Source: Haliotis cracherodii (taxonomy: Eukaryota). Taken from it: 64,000 bases of DNA. Shown piece by piece: positions 24,245 through 38,925 of this stretch. Location: assembly GCF_022045235.1 (NCBI RefSeq), contig NW_027266308.1, positions 57,598,001 through 57,662,000 on the forward strand, read 5' to 3'. The first letter of the stretch is position 1. Every line of letters starts with the position of its first letter. A program made the position numbers and the translations under genes. The notes under the pieces are model-generated. The model did no database searches. It was given only the letters and a program-made list of their open reading frames with translations, and had not been told where the DNA came from.

Positions 24245-25450
24245 TCACACAGGGAGAACCTGGTTCTTGCTACTGGCGATGTTCCTGATACACTGCACAA
24301 CACGACCAAAGACAGAGTTGTGGCCAAATGTGTCTTTGACATGTGATTTGGCAGCAGAAACGTCTGTGGGTTTCACCTTGTTTTTGGATGCAACGAATGC
24401 CAGTCTAGAACGGACACTGGTGATGAAACGCCTGAGCTTCCCGGCTTTTGGGGGCAGGGTCGGGGGGACAAGTTCTCCCTGGACGAAGATCGGTGGCGGG
24501 AGAAGTCGCGAAAGCCTGTAGTGAGCGGCGGCCGATGTGACGGCGTTGTGGATTTCGATGAGTGAGTTGCGCACGCTTGGTAGGCGATCATTGCTGAGGA
24601 AAAGTTTGGACATCTGTGTCCAGCCACAATCAACCTCTCTCTGTAACATCCACAAATGTCGCTTGCATCTCTTGTTCTCAGTCACCTGTTATAAAGAAAT
24701 AAACACACACATTGCACAGATCCATACAGTAAATCGTGTTCGATGACATGCATTAACTTAAACTAATATGAGGACGAATTACGTTCTAAAAACATATTTG
24801 GTAAATTAAGTTTACTCCCCAGGTCCGTTTAAGGGCAAAGGAAATGGCAGTCCGGATCAGATGGAGCCAAAGGCGGATGGCGTCAAACTCATCTAGAAGT
24901 TCACTGGTGAACAGATGCTGCAGGTCTGGAATATGAAGTAAATCTACAGTTTTAAATTACATCTCTTCACATTCAAACCCGCTGTTATACAGTCATACAG
25001 GAAGTTAGCACAAATCACAATAAAATTCAAATGTATTACATTAATTTGGAGTAGGTTTGAAAATAAGATGCTCGTTATATTTGAGTTTGCCTTCAAGCTA
25101 ATCACATTCCTTTTTAACCTGTTCATTATGGAATCTGTTTCGGCAGATAATCCAGACTGATTATTCTTTGGGGTGGACGTTTTATACTTGTCAATTTTGT
25201 ATCCACTGAGACAAACTTCAAGCTAAACTCTTCTCCATGAGACATCAATTAAATATCTTCATGAGCGATCACATGACTTATCTGATTAATTATTGCCAGC
25301 GAAACGTTTGGAGAAGGGAGACGATAAATAACATTCCTTTTTCAAACATGAAATCGTTTTCTCGTTTTTAAAAATCACATTAACTGTAAAATGAAACTAA
25401 CCTGGAGCTGTTCGTGCTCCTCGGAGCCAGTCGCGGCCACAAAACGTCAT
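24245..25450 (-). pseudogene. Orphan gene copy 5; 68-bp deletion removes the end of exon 2 and its splice donor
   Basis: At about 24845 the sequence reads AAAGGAAAT-GGCAGTCC, lacking the segment containing CTTACCTC found in all other copies; span is 68 bp shorter. Confidence 0.7.
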
Positions 25451-26879
25451 TTTCAACACTTGCTTCAAGGAAAGATTCGCAAATATTCACTGAGCAAAAC
25501 TGGAGCGTGTTGACATTACCGAATCAATGTCGGAGTGATTGTCGATGACGTCATGTCATTGTGACGTCACGTAATTGTGACGTCATAGTACCACGGGAGG
25601 TAACTGGATTCATTAAAGACACCCGTACCGCTAAATCAAACCATTTGTAAGGTCAAACCCTAGCAGTTCCTTCATACTATGGGCAGTGTTTTTTTAGGAT
25701 TACTGAATACATGTTCCTGTGTTAAAGACATGGAAACTGTTTCACTTAAAATGAGAACAACAGAACATGAGATATCGCCTGTATCTTGGACATAATGAAG
25801 CAGGTGGCATTGTGGAGTTACTAGCGATCGCTGTTGTTCTCTTCTGTCTGGCACACCTACTTTTCATGCATGGTATATGGTCATTAAAATCTTCAGTGTC
25901 AGTGGGATATTGTGTATATGCCATAGTTTATTCAACAAGACATGTCCAAATAGCGGGAGGATTTTATGACCGCAACGCCAGGTGTCACCGGTTTCAATTT
26001 ACAATGATTGTCGAGTGACGCTTTTTTGTGAATTCATGCTTCCAATTTGATCGGAATAGGCCTTTTTCTTGTGGTTGGTTGACAAGCATTGATAAGCATT
26101 GACACGTCAAGTCAAAGTCTCCTCTTCGATATCCCACATGTGTACAATGTGTGGAACCCATTCTGGGTTTTCTCTGTCGTGATTTCAGTTGGAATATTGC
26201 CGAAAGCGGCGTAAAAAAAATTCTCATATACTGTTTCGTTCATGTGACATGGACGAAATGAACAGTTTACCTATAGTGTTCGTCTTCGTGTAGCAACTAT
26301 CAAGTTTATGTTATTTGTCTTCGTCCAATTCCGCATCTTCTACAAAGACATTCATGTACTTACTATATATGGCACCATCCCACCTACAGCATATCTTTCC
26401 TCTTTTAGAAGCAGCTATACGACCACACTAACAATCGTTTATGTAACACACATAGGTACAGAAATACTTTTTCTATTGCATGCAGATAAGACGCCAGTCT
26501 CTGAACAAGACACAGTCTAATAGTGGACGGAATCTCCATACACGGCTATCTGACTGTGTGCATGCCAAGGACGACAGACAACAAACCACCTCACGTTTCA
26601 TTCATTCCATTTAATGTCTGCATATACGCGTACCAAACTGGCAATATGAGACTTCGGTTATAAGAATGATGAAGTAATGCTTTAGAGAAATTTCAAATTA
26701 CAAATAAAACAGGATTTACAGAAGTTGTATAATGTTTTCCATGTAATGAATTACGACATTATGATTTACAGGGATGTATAACGTCAGACAATATGTACAA
26801 TTTCAAACAAATCAAATTAAATATACAGAAATTCCAATAGGTTTTACAATACATGTTTTTGTTTTCACACTGCATGTTT

Positions 26880-28153
26880 TCACACAGGGAGAACCTGGTT
26901 CTTGCTACTGGCGATGTTCCTGATACACTGCACAACACGACCAAAGACAGAGTTGTGGCCAAATGTGTCTTTGACATGTGATTTGGCAGCAGAAACGTCT
27001 GTGGGTTTCACCTTGTTTTTGGATGCAACGAATGCCAGTCTAGAACGGACACTGGTGATGAAACGCCTGAGCTTCCCGGCTTTTGGGGGCAGGGTCGGGG
27101 GGACAAGTTCTCCCTGGACGAAGATCGGTGGCGGGAGAAGTCGCGAAAGCCTGTAGTGAGCGGCGGCCGATGTGACGGCGTTGTGGATTTCGATGAGTGA
27201 GTTGCGCACGCTTGGTAGGCGATCATTGCTGAGGAAAAGTTTGGACATCTGTGTCCAGCCACAATCAACCTCTCTCTGTAACATCCACAAATGTCGCTTG
27301 CATCTCTTGTTCTCAGTCACCTGTTATAAAGAAATAAACACACACATTGCACAGATCCATACAGTAAACCGTTTTCGATCACAAGAATTAACTTAAACTA
27401 ATATGAGGACGAATTACGTTCTAAAAACATATTTGGTAAATTAAGTTTACTCCCCAGGTCCGTTTAAGGGCAAAGGAAATATCGGAATATGATGCTACAC
27501 CATCCTAATCATGCAGGCCGTACTGCTTACCTCATTTTCTTGGAGAATGGCAGTCCGGATCAGATGGAGCCAAAGGCGGATGGCGTCAAACTCATCTAGA
27601 AGTTCACTGGTGAACAGATGCTGCAGGTCTGGAATATGAAGTAAATCTACAGTCTTAAATTACATCTCTTCACATTCAAACCCGCTGTTATACAGTCATA
27701 CAGGAAGTTAGCACAAATCACAATAAAATTCAAATGTATTACATTAATTTGGAGTAGGTTTGAAAATAAGATGCTCGTTATATTTGAGTTTGCCTTCAAG
27801 CTAATCACATTCCTTTTTAACCTGTTCATTATGGAATCTGTTTCGGCAGATAATCCAGACTGATTATTCTTTGGGGTGGACGTTTTATACTTGTCAATTT
27901 TGTATCCACTGAGACAAACTTCAAGCTAAACTCTTCTCCATGAGACATCAATTAAATATCTTCATGAGCGATCACATGACTTATCTGATTAATTATTGCC
28001 AGCGAAACGTTTGGAGAAGGGAGACGATAAATAACATTCCTTTTTCAAACATGAAATCGTTTTCTCGTTTTTAAAAATCACATTAACTGTAAAATGAAAC
28101 TAACCTGGAGCTGTTCGTGCTCCTCGGAGCCAGTCGCGGCCACAAAACGTCAT
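26880..28153 (-). CDS. Orphan gene copy 6; exons 28153-28105, 27628-27531, 27320-26880
   Basis: Splice sites and frame intact. Confidence 0.8.
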
Positions 28154-29583
28154 TTTCAACACTTGCTTCAAGGAAAGATTCGCAAATATTCACTGAGCAA
28201 AACTGGAGCGTGTTGACATTACCGAATCAATGTCGGAGTGATTGTCGATGACGTCATGTCATTGTGACGTCACGTTATTGTGACGTCATAGTACCACGGG
28301 AGGTAATTGGATTCATTAAAGACACCCGTACCGCTAAATCAAACCATGTATATGGTCAAACCCTAGCAGTTCCTTCATACTATGGGCAGTGTTTTTTAGG
28401 ATTACTGAATACATGTTCCTGTGTTAAAGACATGGAAACTGTTTCACTTAAAATGAGAACAACTACATGACAGAACATGAGATATCGCCTGTATCTTGGA
28501 CATATTGATGCAGGTGACATTGTGGAGTTACTAGCGACCGCTGTTGTTCTCTTCTGTCTGGCACACCTACTTCTCATGCATGTTATATGGTCATTAAAAT
28601 CTTCAGTGTCAGTGGGGTATTGTGTATATGCCATGGTTTATTCAACACGACATGTCCAAATAGTGGGAGGATTTTATGACCGCAACGCCAGGTGTCATCG
28701 GTTTCAATTTACAATGATTGTCGAGTGACGCTTTTTTGTGAATTCATGCTTCCAATTTGATCGGAATAGACCTTTTTCCTGTGGTGGGTTGACAAGCATT
28801 GACAAGCATTGACACGTCAAGTCAAAGTCTCCTCTTCGATATCCCACATGTGTACAATGTGTGGAACCCATTCTGGGTTTTCTCTGTCGTGATTTCAGTT
28901 GGAATATTGCCGAAAGCGGCGTAAAAAAAATTCTCATATACTGTTTCGTTCATGTGACATGGACGAAATGAACAGTTTACCTATAGTGTTCGTCTTCGTG
29001 TAGCAACTATCAAGTTTATGTTATTTGTCTTCGTCCAATTCCGCATCTTCTACAAAGACATTCATGTACTTACTATATATGGCACCATCCCACCTACAGC
29101 ATATCTTTCCTCTTTTAGAAGCAGCTATACGACCACACTAACAATCGTTTATGTAACACACATAGGTACAGAAATACTTTTTCTATTGCATGCAGATAAG
29201 ACGCCAGTCTCTGAACAAGACACAGTCTAATAGTGGACGGAATCTCCATACACGACTATCTGACTGTGTGCATGCCAAGGACGACAGACAACAAACCACC
29301 TCACGTTTCATTCATTCCATTTAATGTCTGCATATACCAAACTGGCAATATGAGACTTCCGTTATAAGAATGACGAAGTAATGCTTTAGAGAAATTTCAA
29401 ATTACAAATAAAACAGGATTTACAGAAGTTGTATAATGTTTTCCATGTAATGAATTACGACATTATGATTTGCAGAGATGTATAACGTCAGACAATATGT
29501 ACAATTTCAAACAAATCAAATTAAATATACAGAAATTCCAATAGGTTTTACAATACATGTTTTTGTTTTCACACTGCATGTTT

Positions 29584-30857
29584 TCACACAGGGAGAACCT
29601 GGTTCTTGCTACTGGCGATGTTCCTGATACACTGCACAACACGACCAAAGACAGAGTTGTGGCCAAATGTGTCTTTGACATGTGATTTGGCAGCAGAAAC
29701 GTCTGTGGGTTTCACCTTGTTTTTGGATGCAACGAATGCCAGTCTAGAACGGACACTGGTGATGAAACGCCTGAGCTTCCCGGCTTTTGGGGGCAGGGTC
29801 GGGGGGACAAGTTCTCCCTGGACGAAGATCGGTGGCGGGAGAAGTCGCGAAAGCCTGTAGTGAGCGGCGGCCGATGTGACGGCGTTGTGGATTTCGATGA
29901 GTGAGTTGCGCACGCTTGGTAGGCGATCATTGCTGAGGAAAAGTTTGGACATCTGTGTCCAGCCACAATCAACCTCTCTCTGTAACATCCACAAATGTCG
30001 CTTGCATCTCTTGTTCTCAGTCACCTGTTATAAAGAAATAAACACACACATTGCACAGATCCATACAGTAAATCGTGTTCGATGACATGCATTAACTTAA
30101 ACTAATATGAGGACGAATTACGTTCTAAAAACATATTTGGTAAATTAAGTTTACTCCCCAGGTCCGTTTAAGGGCAAAGGAAATATCGGAATATGATGCT
30201 ACACCATCCTAATCATGCAGGCCGTACTGCTTACCTCATTTTCTTGGAGAATGGCAGTCCGGATCAGATGGAGCCAAAGGCGGATGGCGTCAAACTCATC
30301 TAGAAGTTCACTGGTGAACAGATGCTGCAGGTCTGGAATATGAAGTAAATCTACAGTCTTAAATTACATCTCTTCACATTCAAACCCGCTGTTATACAGT
30401 CATACAGGAAGTTAGCACAAATCACAATAAAATTCAAATGTATTACATTAATTTGGAGTAGGTTTGAAAATAAGATGCTCGTTATATTTGAGTTTGCCTT
30501 CAAGCTAATCACATTCCTTTTTAACCTGTTCATTATGGAATCTGTTTCGGCAGATAATCCAGACTGATTATTCTTTGGGGTGGACGTTTTATACTTGTCA
30601 ATTTTGTATCCACTGAGACAAACTTCAAGCTAAACTCTTCTCCATGAGACATCAATTAAATATCTTCATGAGCGATCACATGACTTATCTGATTAATTAT
30701 TGCCAGCGAAACGTTTGGAGAAGGGAGACGATAAATAACATTCCTTTTTCAAACATGAAATCGTTTTCTCGTTTTTAAAAATCACATTAACTGTAAAATG
30801 AAACTAACCTGGAGCTGTTCGTGCTCCTCGGAGCCAGTCGCGGCCACAAAACGTCAT
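29584..30857 (-). CDS. Orphan gene copy 7; exons 30857-30809, 30332-30235, 30024-29584
   Basis: Splice sites and frame intact. Confidence 0.8.
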
Positions 30858-32281
30858 TTTCAACACTTGCTTCAAGGAAAGATTCGCAAATATTCACTGA
30901 GCAAAACTGGAGCGTGTTGACATTACCGAATCAATGTCGGAGTGATTGTCGATGACGTCATGTCATTGTGACGTCACGTAATTGTGACGTCATAGTACCA
31001 CGGGAGGTAACTGGATTCATTAAAGACACCCGTACCGCTAAATCAAACCATTTGTAAGGTCAAACCCTAGCAGTTCCTTCATACTATGGGCAGTGTTTTT
31101 TTAGGATTACTGAATACATGTTCCTGTGTTAAAGACATGGAAACTGTTTCACTTAAAATGAGAACAACAGAACATGAGATATCGCCTGTATCTTGGACAT
31201 AATGAAGCAGGTGGCATTGTGGAGTTACTAGCGATCGCTGTTGTTCTCTTCTGTCTGGCACACCTACTTTTCATGCATGGTATATGGTCATTAAAATCTT
31301 CAGTGTCAGTGGGATATTGTGTATATGCCATAGTTTATTCAACACGACATGTCCAAATAGCGGGAGGATTTTATGACCGCAACGCCAGGTGTCACCGGTT
31401 TCAATTTACAATGATTGTCGAGTGACGCTTTTTTTGTGAATTCATGCTTCCAATTTGATCGGAATAGGCCTTTTTCTTGTGGTTGGTTGACAAGCATTGA
31501 TAAGCATTGACACGTCAAGTCAAAGTCTCCTCTTCGATATCCCACATGTGTACAATGTGTGGAACCCATTCTGGGTTTTCTCTGTCGTGATTTCAGTTGG
31601 AATATTGCCGAAAGCGGCGTAAAAAAAATTCTCATATACTGTTTCGTTCATGTGACATGGACGAAATGAACAGTTTACCTATAGTGTTCGTCTTCGTGTA
31701 GCAACTATCAAGTTTATGTTATTTGTCTTCGTCCAATTCCGCATCTTCTACAAAGACATTCATGTACTTACTATATATGGCACCATCCCACCTACAGCAT
31801 ATCTTTCCTCTTTTAGAAGCAGCTATACGACCACACTAACAATCGTTTATGTAACACACATAGGTACAGAAATACTTTTTCTATTGCATGCAGATAAGAC
31901 GCCAGTCTCTGAACAAGACACAGTCTAATAGTGGACGGAATCTCCATACACGGCTATCTGACTGTGTGCATGCCAAGGACGACAGACAACAAACCACCTC
32001 ACGTTTCATTCATTCCATTTAATGTCTGCATATACCAAACTGGCAATATGAGACTTCCGTTATAAGAATGACGAAGTAATGCTTTAGAGAAATTTCAAAT
32101 TACAAATAAAACAGGATTTACAGAAGTTGTATAATGTTTTCCATGTAATGAATTACGACATTATGATTTGCAGAGATGTATAACGTCAGACAATATGTAC
32201 AATTTCAAACAAATCAAATTAAATATACAGAAATTCCAATAGGTTTTACAATACATGTTTTTGTTTTCACACTGCATGTTT

Positions 32282-33555
32282 TCACACAGGGAGAACCTGG
32301 TTCTTGCTACTGGCGATGTTCCTGATACACTGCACAACACGACCAAAGACAGAGTTGTGGCCAAATGTGTCTTTGACATGTGATTTGGCAGCAGAAACGT
32401 CTGTGGGTTTCACCTTGTTTTTGGATGCGACGGATGCCAGTCTAGAACGGACACTGGTGATGAAACGCCTGAGCTTCCCGGCTTTTGGGGGCAGGGTCGG
32501 GGGGACAAGTTCTCCCTGGACGAAGATGGGTGGCGGGAGAAGTCGCGAAAGCCTGTAGTGAGCGGCGGCCGATGTGACGGCGTTGTGGATTTCGATGAGT
32601 GAGTTGCGCACGCTTGGTAGGCGATCATTGCTGAGGAAAAGTTTGGACATCTGTGTCCAGCCACAATCAACCTCTCTCTGTAACATCCACAAATGTCGCT
32701 TGCATCTCTTGTTCTCAGTCACCTGTTATAAAGAAATAAACACACACATTGCACAGATCCATACAGTAAATCGTGTTCGATGACATGCATTAACTTAAAC
32801 TAATATGAGGACGAATTACGTTCTAAAAACATATTTGGTAAATTAAGTTTACTCCCCAGGTCCGTTTAAGGGCAAAGGAAATATCGGAATATGATGCTAC
32901 ACCATCCTAATCATGCAGGCCGTACTGCTTACCTCATTTTCTTGGAGAATGGCAGTCCGGATCAGATGGAGCCAAAGGCGGATGGCGTCAAACTCATCTA
33001 GAAGTTCACTGGTGAACAGATGCTGCAGGTCTGGAATATGAAGTAAATCTACAGTCTTAAATTACATCTCTTCACATTCAAACCCGCTGTTATACAGTCA
33101 TACAGGAAGTTAGCACAAATCACAATAAAATTCAAATGTATTACATTAATTTGGAGTAGGTTTGAAAATAAGATGCTCGTTATATTTGAGTTTGCCTTCA
33201 AGCTAATCACATTCCTTTTTAACCTGTTCATTATGGAATCTGTTTCGGCAGATAATCCAGACTGATTATTCTTTGGGGTGGACGTTTTATACTTGTCAAT
33301 TTTGTATCCACTGAGACAAACTTCAAGCTAAACTCTTCTCCATGAGACATCAATTAAATATCTTCATGAGCGATCACATGACTTATCTGATTAATTATTG
33401 CCAGCGAAACGTTTGGAGAAGGGAGACGATAAATAACATTCCTTTTTCAAACATGAAATCGTTTTCTCGTTTTTAAAAATCACATTAACTGTAAAATGAA
33501 ACTAACCTGGAGCTGTTCGTGCTCCTCGGAGCCAGTCGCGGCCACAAAACGTCAT
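32282..33555 (-). CDS. Orphan gene copy 8; exons 33555-33507, 33030-32933, 32722-32282
   Basis: Splice sites and frame intact. Confidence 0.8.
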
Positions 33556-34966
33556 TTTCAACACTTGCTTCAAGGAAAGATTCGCAAATATTCACTGAGC
33601 AAAACTGGAGCGTGTTGACATTACCGAATCAATGTCGGAGTGATTGTCGATGACGTCATGTCATTGTGACGTCACGTAATTGTGACGTCATAGTACCACG
33701 GGAGGTAACTGGATTCATTAAAGACACCCGTACCGCTAAATCAAACCATTTGTAAGGTCAAACCCTAGCAGTTCCTTCATACTATGGGCAGTGTTTTTTT
33801 AGGATTACTGAATACATGTTCCTGTGTTAAAGACATGGAAACTGTTTCACTTAAAATGAGAACAACAGAACATGTATCTTGGACATAATGAAGCAGGTGG
33901 CATTGTGGAGTTACTAGCGATCGCTGTTGTTCTCTTCTGTCTGGCACACCTACTTTTCATGCATGGTATATGGTCATTAAAATCTTCAGTGTCAGTGGGA
34001 TATTGTGTATATGCCATAGTTTATTCAACACGACATGTCCAAATAGTGGGAGGATTTTATGACCGCAACGCCAGGTGTCACCGGTTTCAATTTACAATGA
34101 TTGTCGAGTGACGCTTTTTTGTGAATTCATGCTTCCAATTTGATCGGAATAGGCCTTTTTCTTGTGGTTGGTTGACAAGCATTGATAAGCATTGACACGT
34201 CAAGTCAAAGTCTCCTCTTCGATATCCCACATGTGTACAATGTGTGGAACCCATTCTGGGTTTTCTCTGTCGTGATTTCAGTTGGAATATTGCCGAAAGC
34301 GGCGTAAAAAAAATTCTCATATACTGTTTCGTTCATGTGACATGGACGAAATGAACAGTTTACCTATAGTGTTCGTCTTCGTGTAGCAACTATCAAGTTT
34401 ATGTTATTTGTCTTCGTCCAATTCCGCATCTTCTACAAAGACATTCATGTACTTACTATATATGGCACCATCCCACCTACAGCATATCTTTCCTCTTTTA
34501 GAAGCAGCTATACGACCACACTAACAATCGTTTATGTAACACACATAGGTACAGAAATACTTTTTCTATTGCATGCAGATAAGACGCCAGTCTCTGAACA
34601 AGACACAGTCTAATAGTGGACGGAATCTCCATACACGGCTATCTGACTGTGTGCATGCCAAGGACGACAGACAACAAACCACCTCACGTTTCATTCATTC
34701 CATTTAATGTCTGCATATACCAAACTGGCAATATGAGACTTCCGTTATAAGAATGACGAAGTAATGCTTTAGAGAAATTTCAAATTACAAATAAAACAGG
34801 ATTTACAGAAGTTGTATAATGTTTTCCATGTAATGAATTACGACATTATGATTTGCAGAGATGTATAACGTCAGACAATATGTACAATTTCAAACAAATC
34901 AAATTAAATATACAGAAATTCCAATAGGTTTTACAATACATGTTTTTGTTTTCACACTGCATGTTT

Positions 34967-36240
34967 TCACACAGGGAGAACCTGGTTCTTGCTACTGGCG
35001 ATGTTCCTGATACACTGCACAACACGACCAAAGACAGAGTTGTGGCCAAATATGTCTTTGACATGTGATTTGGCAGCAGAAACGTCTGTGGGTTTCACCT
35101 TGTTTTTGGATGCGACGGATGCCAGTCTAGAACGGACACTGGTGATGAAACGCCTGAGCTTCCCGGCTTTTGGGGGCAGGGTCGGGGGGACAAGTTCTCC
35201 CTGGACGAAGATCGGTGGCGGGAGAAGTCGCGAAAGCCTGTAGTGAGCGGCGGCCGATGTGACGGCGTTGTGGATTTCGATGAGTGAGTTGCGCACGCTT
35301 GGGTGGCGATCATTGCTGAGGAAAAGTTTGGACATCTGTGTCCAGCCACAATCAACCTCTCTCTGTAACATCCACAAATGTCGCTTGCATCTCTTGTTCT
35401 CAGTCACCTGTTATAAAGAAATAAACACACACATTGCACAGATCCATACAGTAAATCGTGTTCGATGACATGCATTAACTTAAACTAATATGAGGACGAA
35501 TTACGTTCTAAAAACATATTTGGTAAATTAAGTTTACTCCCCAGGTCCGTTTAAGGGCAAAGGAAATATCGGAATATGATGCTACACCATCCTAATCATG
35601 CAGGCCTTACTGCTTACCTCATTTTCTTGGAGAATGGCAGTCCGGATCAGATGGAGCCAAAGGCGGATGGCGTCAAACTCATCTAGAAGTTCACTGGTGA
35701 ACAGATGCTGCAGGTCTGGAATATGAAGTAAATCTACAGTCTTAAATTACATCTCTTCACATTCAAACCCGCTGTTATACAGTCATACAGGAAGTTAGCA
35801 CAAATCACAATAAAATTCAAATGTATTACATTAATTTGGAGTAGGTTTGAAAATAAGATGCTCGTTATATTTGAGTTTGCCTTCAAGCTAATCACATTCC
35901 TTTTTAACCTGTTCATTATGGAATCTGTTTCGGCAGATAATCCAGACTGATTATTCTTTGGGGTGGACGTTTTATACTTGTCAATTTTGTATCCACTGAG
36001 ACAAACTTCAAGCTAAACTCTTCTCCATGAGACATCAATTAAATATCTTCATGAGCGATCACATGACTTATCTGATTAATTATTGCCAGCGAAACGTTTG
36101 GAGAAGGGAGACGATAAATAACATTCCTTTTTCAAACATGAAATCGTTTTCTCGTTTTTAAAAATCACATTAACTGTAAAATGAAACTAACCTGGAGCTG
36201 TTCGTGCTCCTCGGAGCCAGTCGCGGCCACAAAACGTCAT
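34967..36240 (-). CDS. Orphan gene copy 9; exons 36240-36192, 35715-35618, 35407-34967
   Basis: Splice sites and frame intact. Confidence 0.8.
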
Positions 36241-37651
36241 TTTCAACACTTGCTTCAAGGAAAGATTCGCAAATATTCACTGAGCAAAACTGGAGCGTGT
36301 TGACATTACCGAATCAATGTCGGAGTGATTGTCGATGACGTCATGTCATTGTGACGTCACGTAATTGTGACGTCATAGTACCACGGGAGGTAACTGGATT
36401 CATTAAAGACACCCGTACCGCTAAATCAAACCATTTGTAAGGTCAAACCCTAGCAGTTCCTTCATACTATGGGCAGTGTTTTTTTAGGATTACTGAATAC
36501 ATGTTCCTGTGTTAAAGACATGGAAACTGTTTCACTTAAAATGAGAACAACAGAACATGTATCTTGGACATAATGAAGCAGGTGGCATTGTGGAGTTACT
36601 AGCGATCGCTGTTGTTCTCTTCTGTCTGGCACACCTACTTTTCATGCATGGTATATGGTCATTAAAATCTTCAGTGTCAGTGGGATATTGTGTATATGCC
36701 ATCGTTTATTCAACACGACATGTCCAAATAGCGGGAGGATTTTATGACCGCAACGCCAGGTGTCACCGGTTTCAATTTACAATGATTGTCGAGTGACGCT
36801 TTTTTGTGAATTCATGCTTCCAATTTGATCGGAATAGGCCTTTTTCTTGTGGTTGGTTGACAAGCATTGATAAGCATTGACACGTCAAGTCAAAGTCTCC
36901 TCTTCGATATCCCACATGTGTACAATGTGTGGAACCCATTCTGGGTTTTCTCTGTCGTGATTTCAGTTGGAATATTGCCGAAAGCGGCGTAAAAAAAATT
37001 CTCATATACTGTTTCGTTCATGTGACATGGACGAAATGAACAGTTTACCTATAGTGTTCGTCTTCGTGTAGCGACTATCAAGTTTATGTTATTTGTCTTC
37101 GTCCAATTCCGCATCTTCTACAAAGACATTCATGTACTTACTATATATGGCACCATCCCACCTACAGCATATCTTTCCTCTTTTAGAAGCAGCTATACGA
37201 CCACACTAACAATCGTTTATGTAACACACATAGGTACAGAAATACTTTTTCTATTGCATGCAGATAAGACGCCAGTCTCTGAACAAGACACAGTCTAATA
37301 GTGGACGGAATCTCCATACACGGCTATCTGACTGTGTGCATGCCAAGGACGACAGACAACAAACCACCTCACGTTTCATTCATTCCATTTAATGTCTGCA
37401 TATACCAAACTGGCAATATGAGACTTCCGTTATAAGAATGACGAAGTAATGCTTTAGAGAAATTTCAAATTACAAATAAAACAGGATTTACAGAAGTTGT
37501 ATAATGTTTTCCATGTAATGAATTACGACATTATGATTTGCAGAGATGTATAACGTCAGACAATATGTACAATTTCAAACAAATCAAATTAAATATACAG
37601 AAATTCCAATAGGTTTTACAATACATGTTTTTGTTTTCACACTGCATGTTT

Positions 37652-38925
37652 TCACACAGGGAGAACCTGGTTCTTGCTACTGGCGATGTTCCTGATACAC
37701 TGCACAACACGACCAAAGACAGAGTTGTGGCCAAATGTGTCTTTGACATGTGATTTGGCAGCAGAAACGTCTGTGGGTTTCACCTTGTTTTTGGATGCGA
37801 CGGATGCCAGTCTAGAACGGACACTGGTGATGAAACGCCTGAGCTTCCCGGCTTTTGGGGGCAGGGTCGGGGGGACAAGTTCTCCCTGGACGAAGATGGG
37901 TGGCGGGAGAAGTCGCGAAAGCCTGTAGTGAGCGGCGGCCGATGTGACGGCGTTGTGGATTTCGATGAGTGAGTTGCGCACGCTTGGTAGGCGATCATTG
38001 CTGAGGAAAAGTTTGGACATCTGTGTCCAGCCACAATCAACCTCTCTCTGTAACATCCACAAATGTCGCTTGCATCTCTTGTTCTCAGTCACCTGTTATA
38101 AAGAAATAAACACACACATTGCACAGATCCATACAGTAAATCGTGTTCGATGACATGCATTAACTTAAACTAATATGAGGACGAATTACGTTCTAAAAAC
38201 ATATTTGGTAAATTAAGTTTACTCCCCAGGTCCGTTTAAGGGCAAAGGAAATATCGGAATATGATGCTACACCATCCTAATCATGCAGGCCGTACTGCTT
38301 ACCTCATTTTCTTGGAGAATGGCAGTCCGGATCAGATGGAGCCAAAGGCGGATGGCGTCAAACTCATCTAGAAGTTCACTGGTGAACAGATGCTGCAGGT
38401 CTGGAATATGAAGTAAATCTACAGTCTTAAATTACATCTCTTCACATTCAAACCCGCTGTTATACAGTCATACAGGAAGTTAGCACAAATCACAATAAAA
38501 TTCAAATGTATTACATTAATTTGGAGTAGGTTTGAAAATAAGATGCTCGTTATATTTGAGTTTGCCTTCAAGCTAATCACATTCCTTTTTAACCTGTTCA
38601 TTATGGAATCTGTTTCGGCAGATAATCCAGACTGATTATTCTTTGGGGTGGACGTTTTATACTTGTCAATTTTGTATCCACTGAGACAAACTTCAAGCTA
38701 AACTCTTCTCCATGAGACATCAATTAAATATCTTCATGAGCGATCACATGACTTATCTGATTAATTATTGCCAGCGAAACGTTTGGAGAAGGGAGACGAT
38801 AAATAACATTCCTTTTTCAAACATGAAATCGTTTTCTCGTTTTTAAAAATCACATTAACTGTAAAATGAAACTAACCTGGAGCTGTTCGTGCTCCTCGGA
38901 GCCAGTCGCGGCCACAAAACGTCAT
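37652..38925 (-). CDS. Orphan gene copy 10; exons 38925-38877, 38400-38303, 38092-37652
   Basis: Splice sites and frame intact. Confidence 0.8.
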
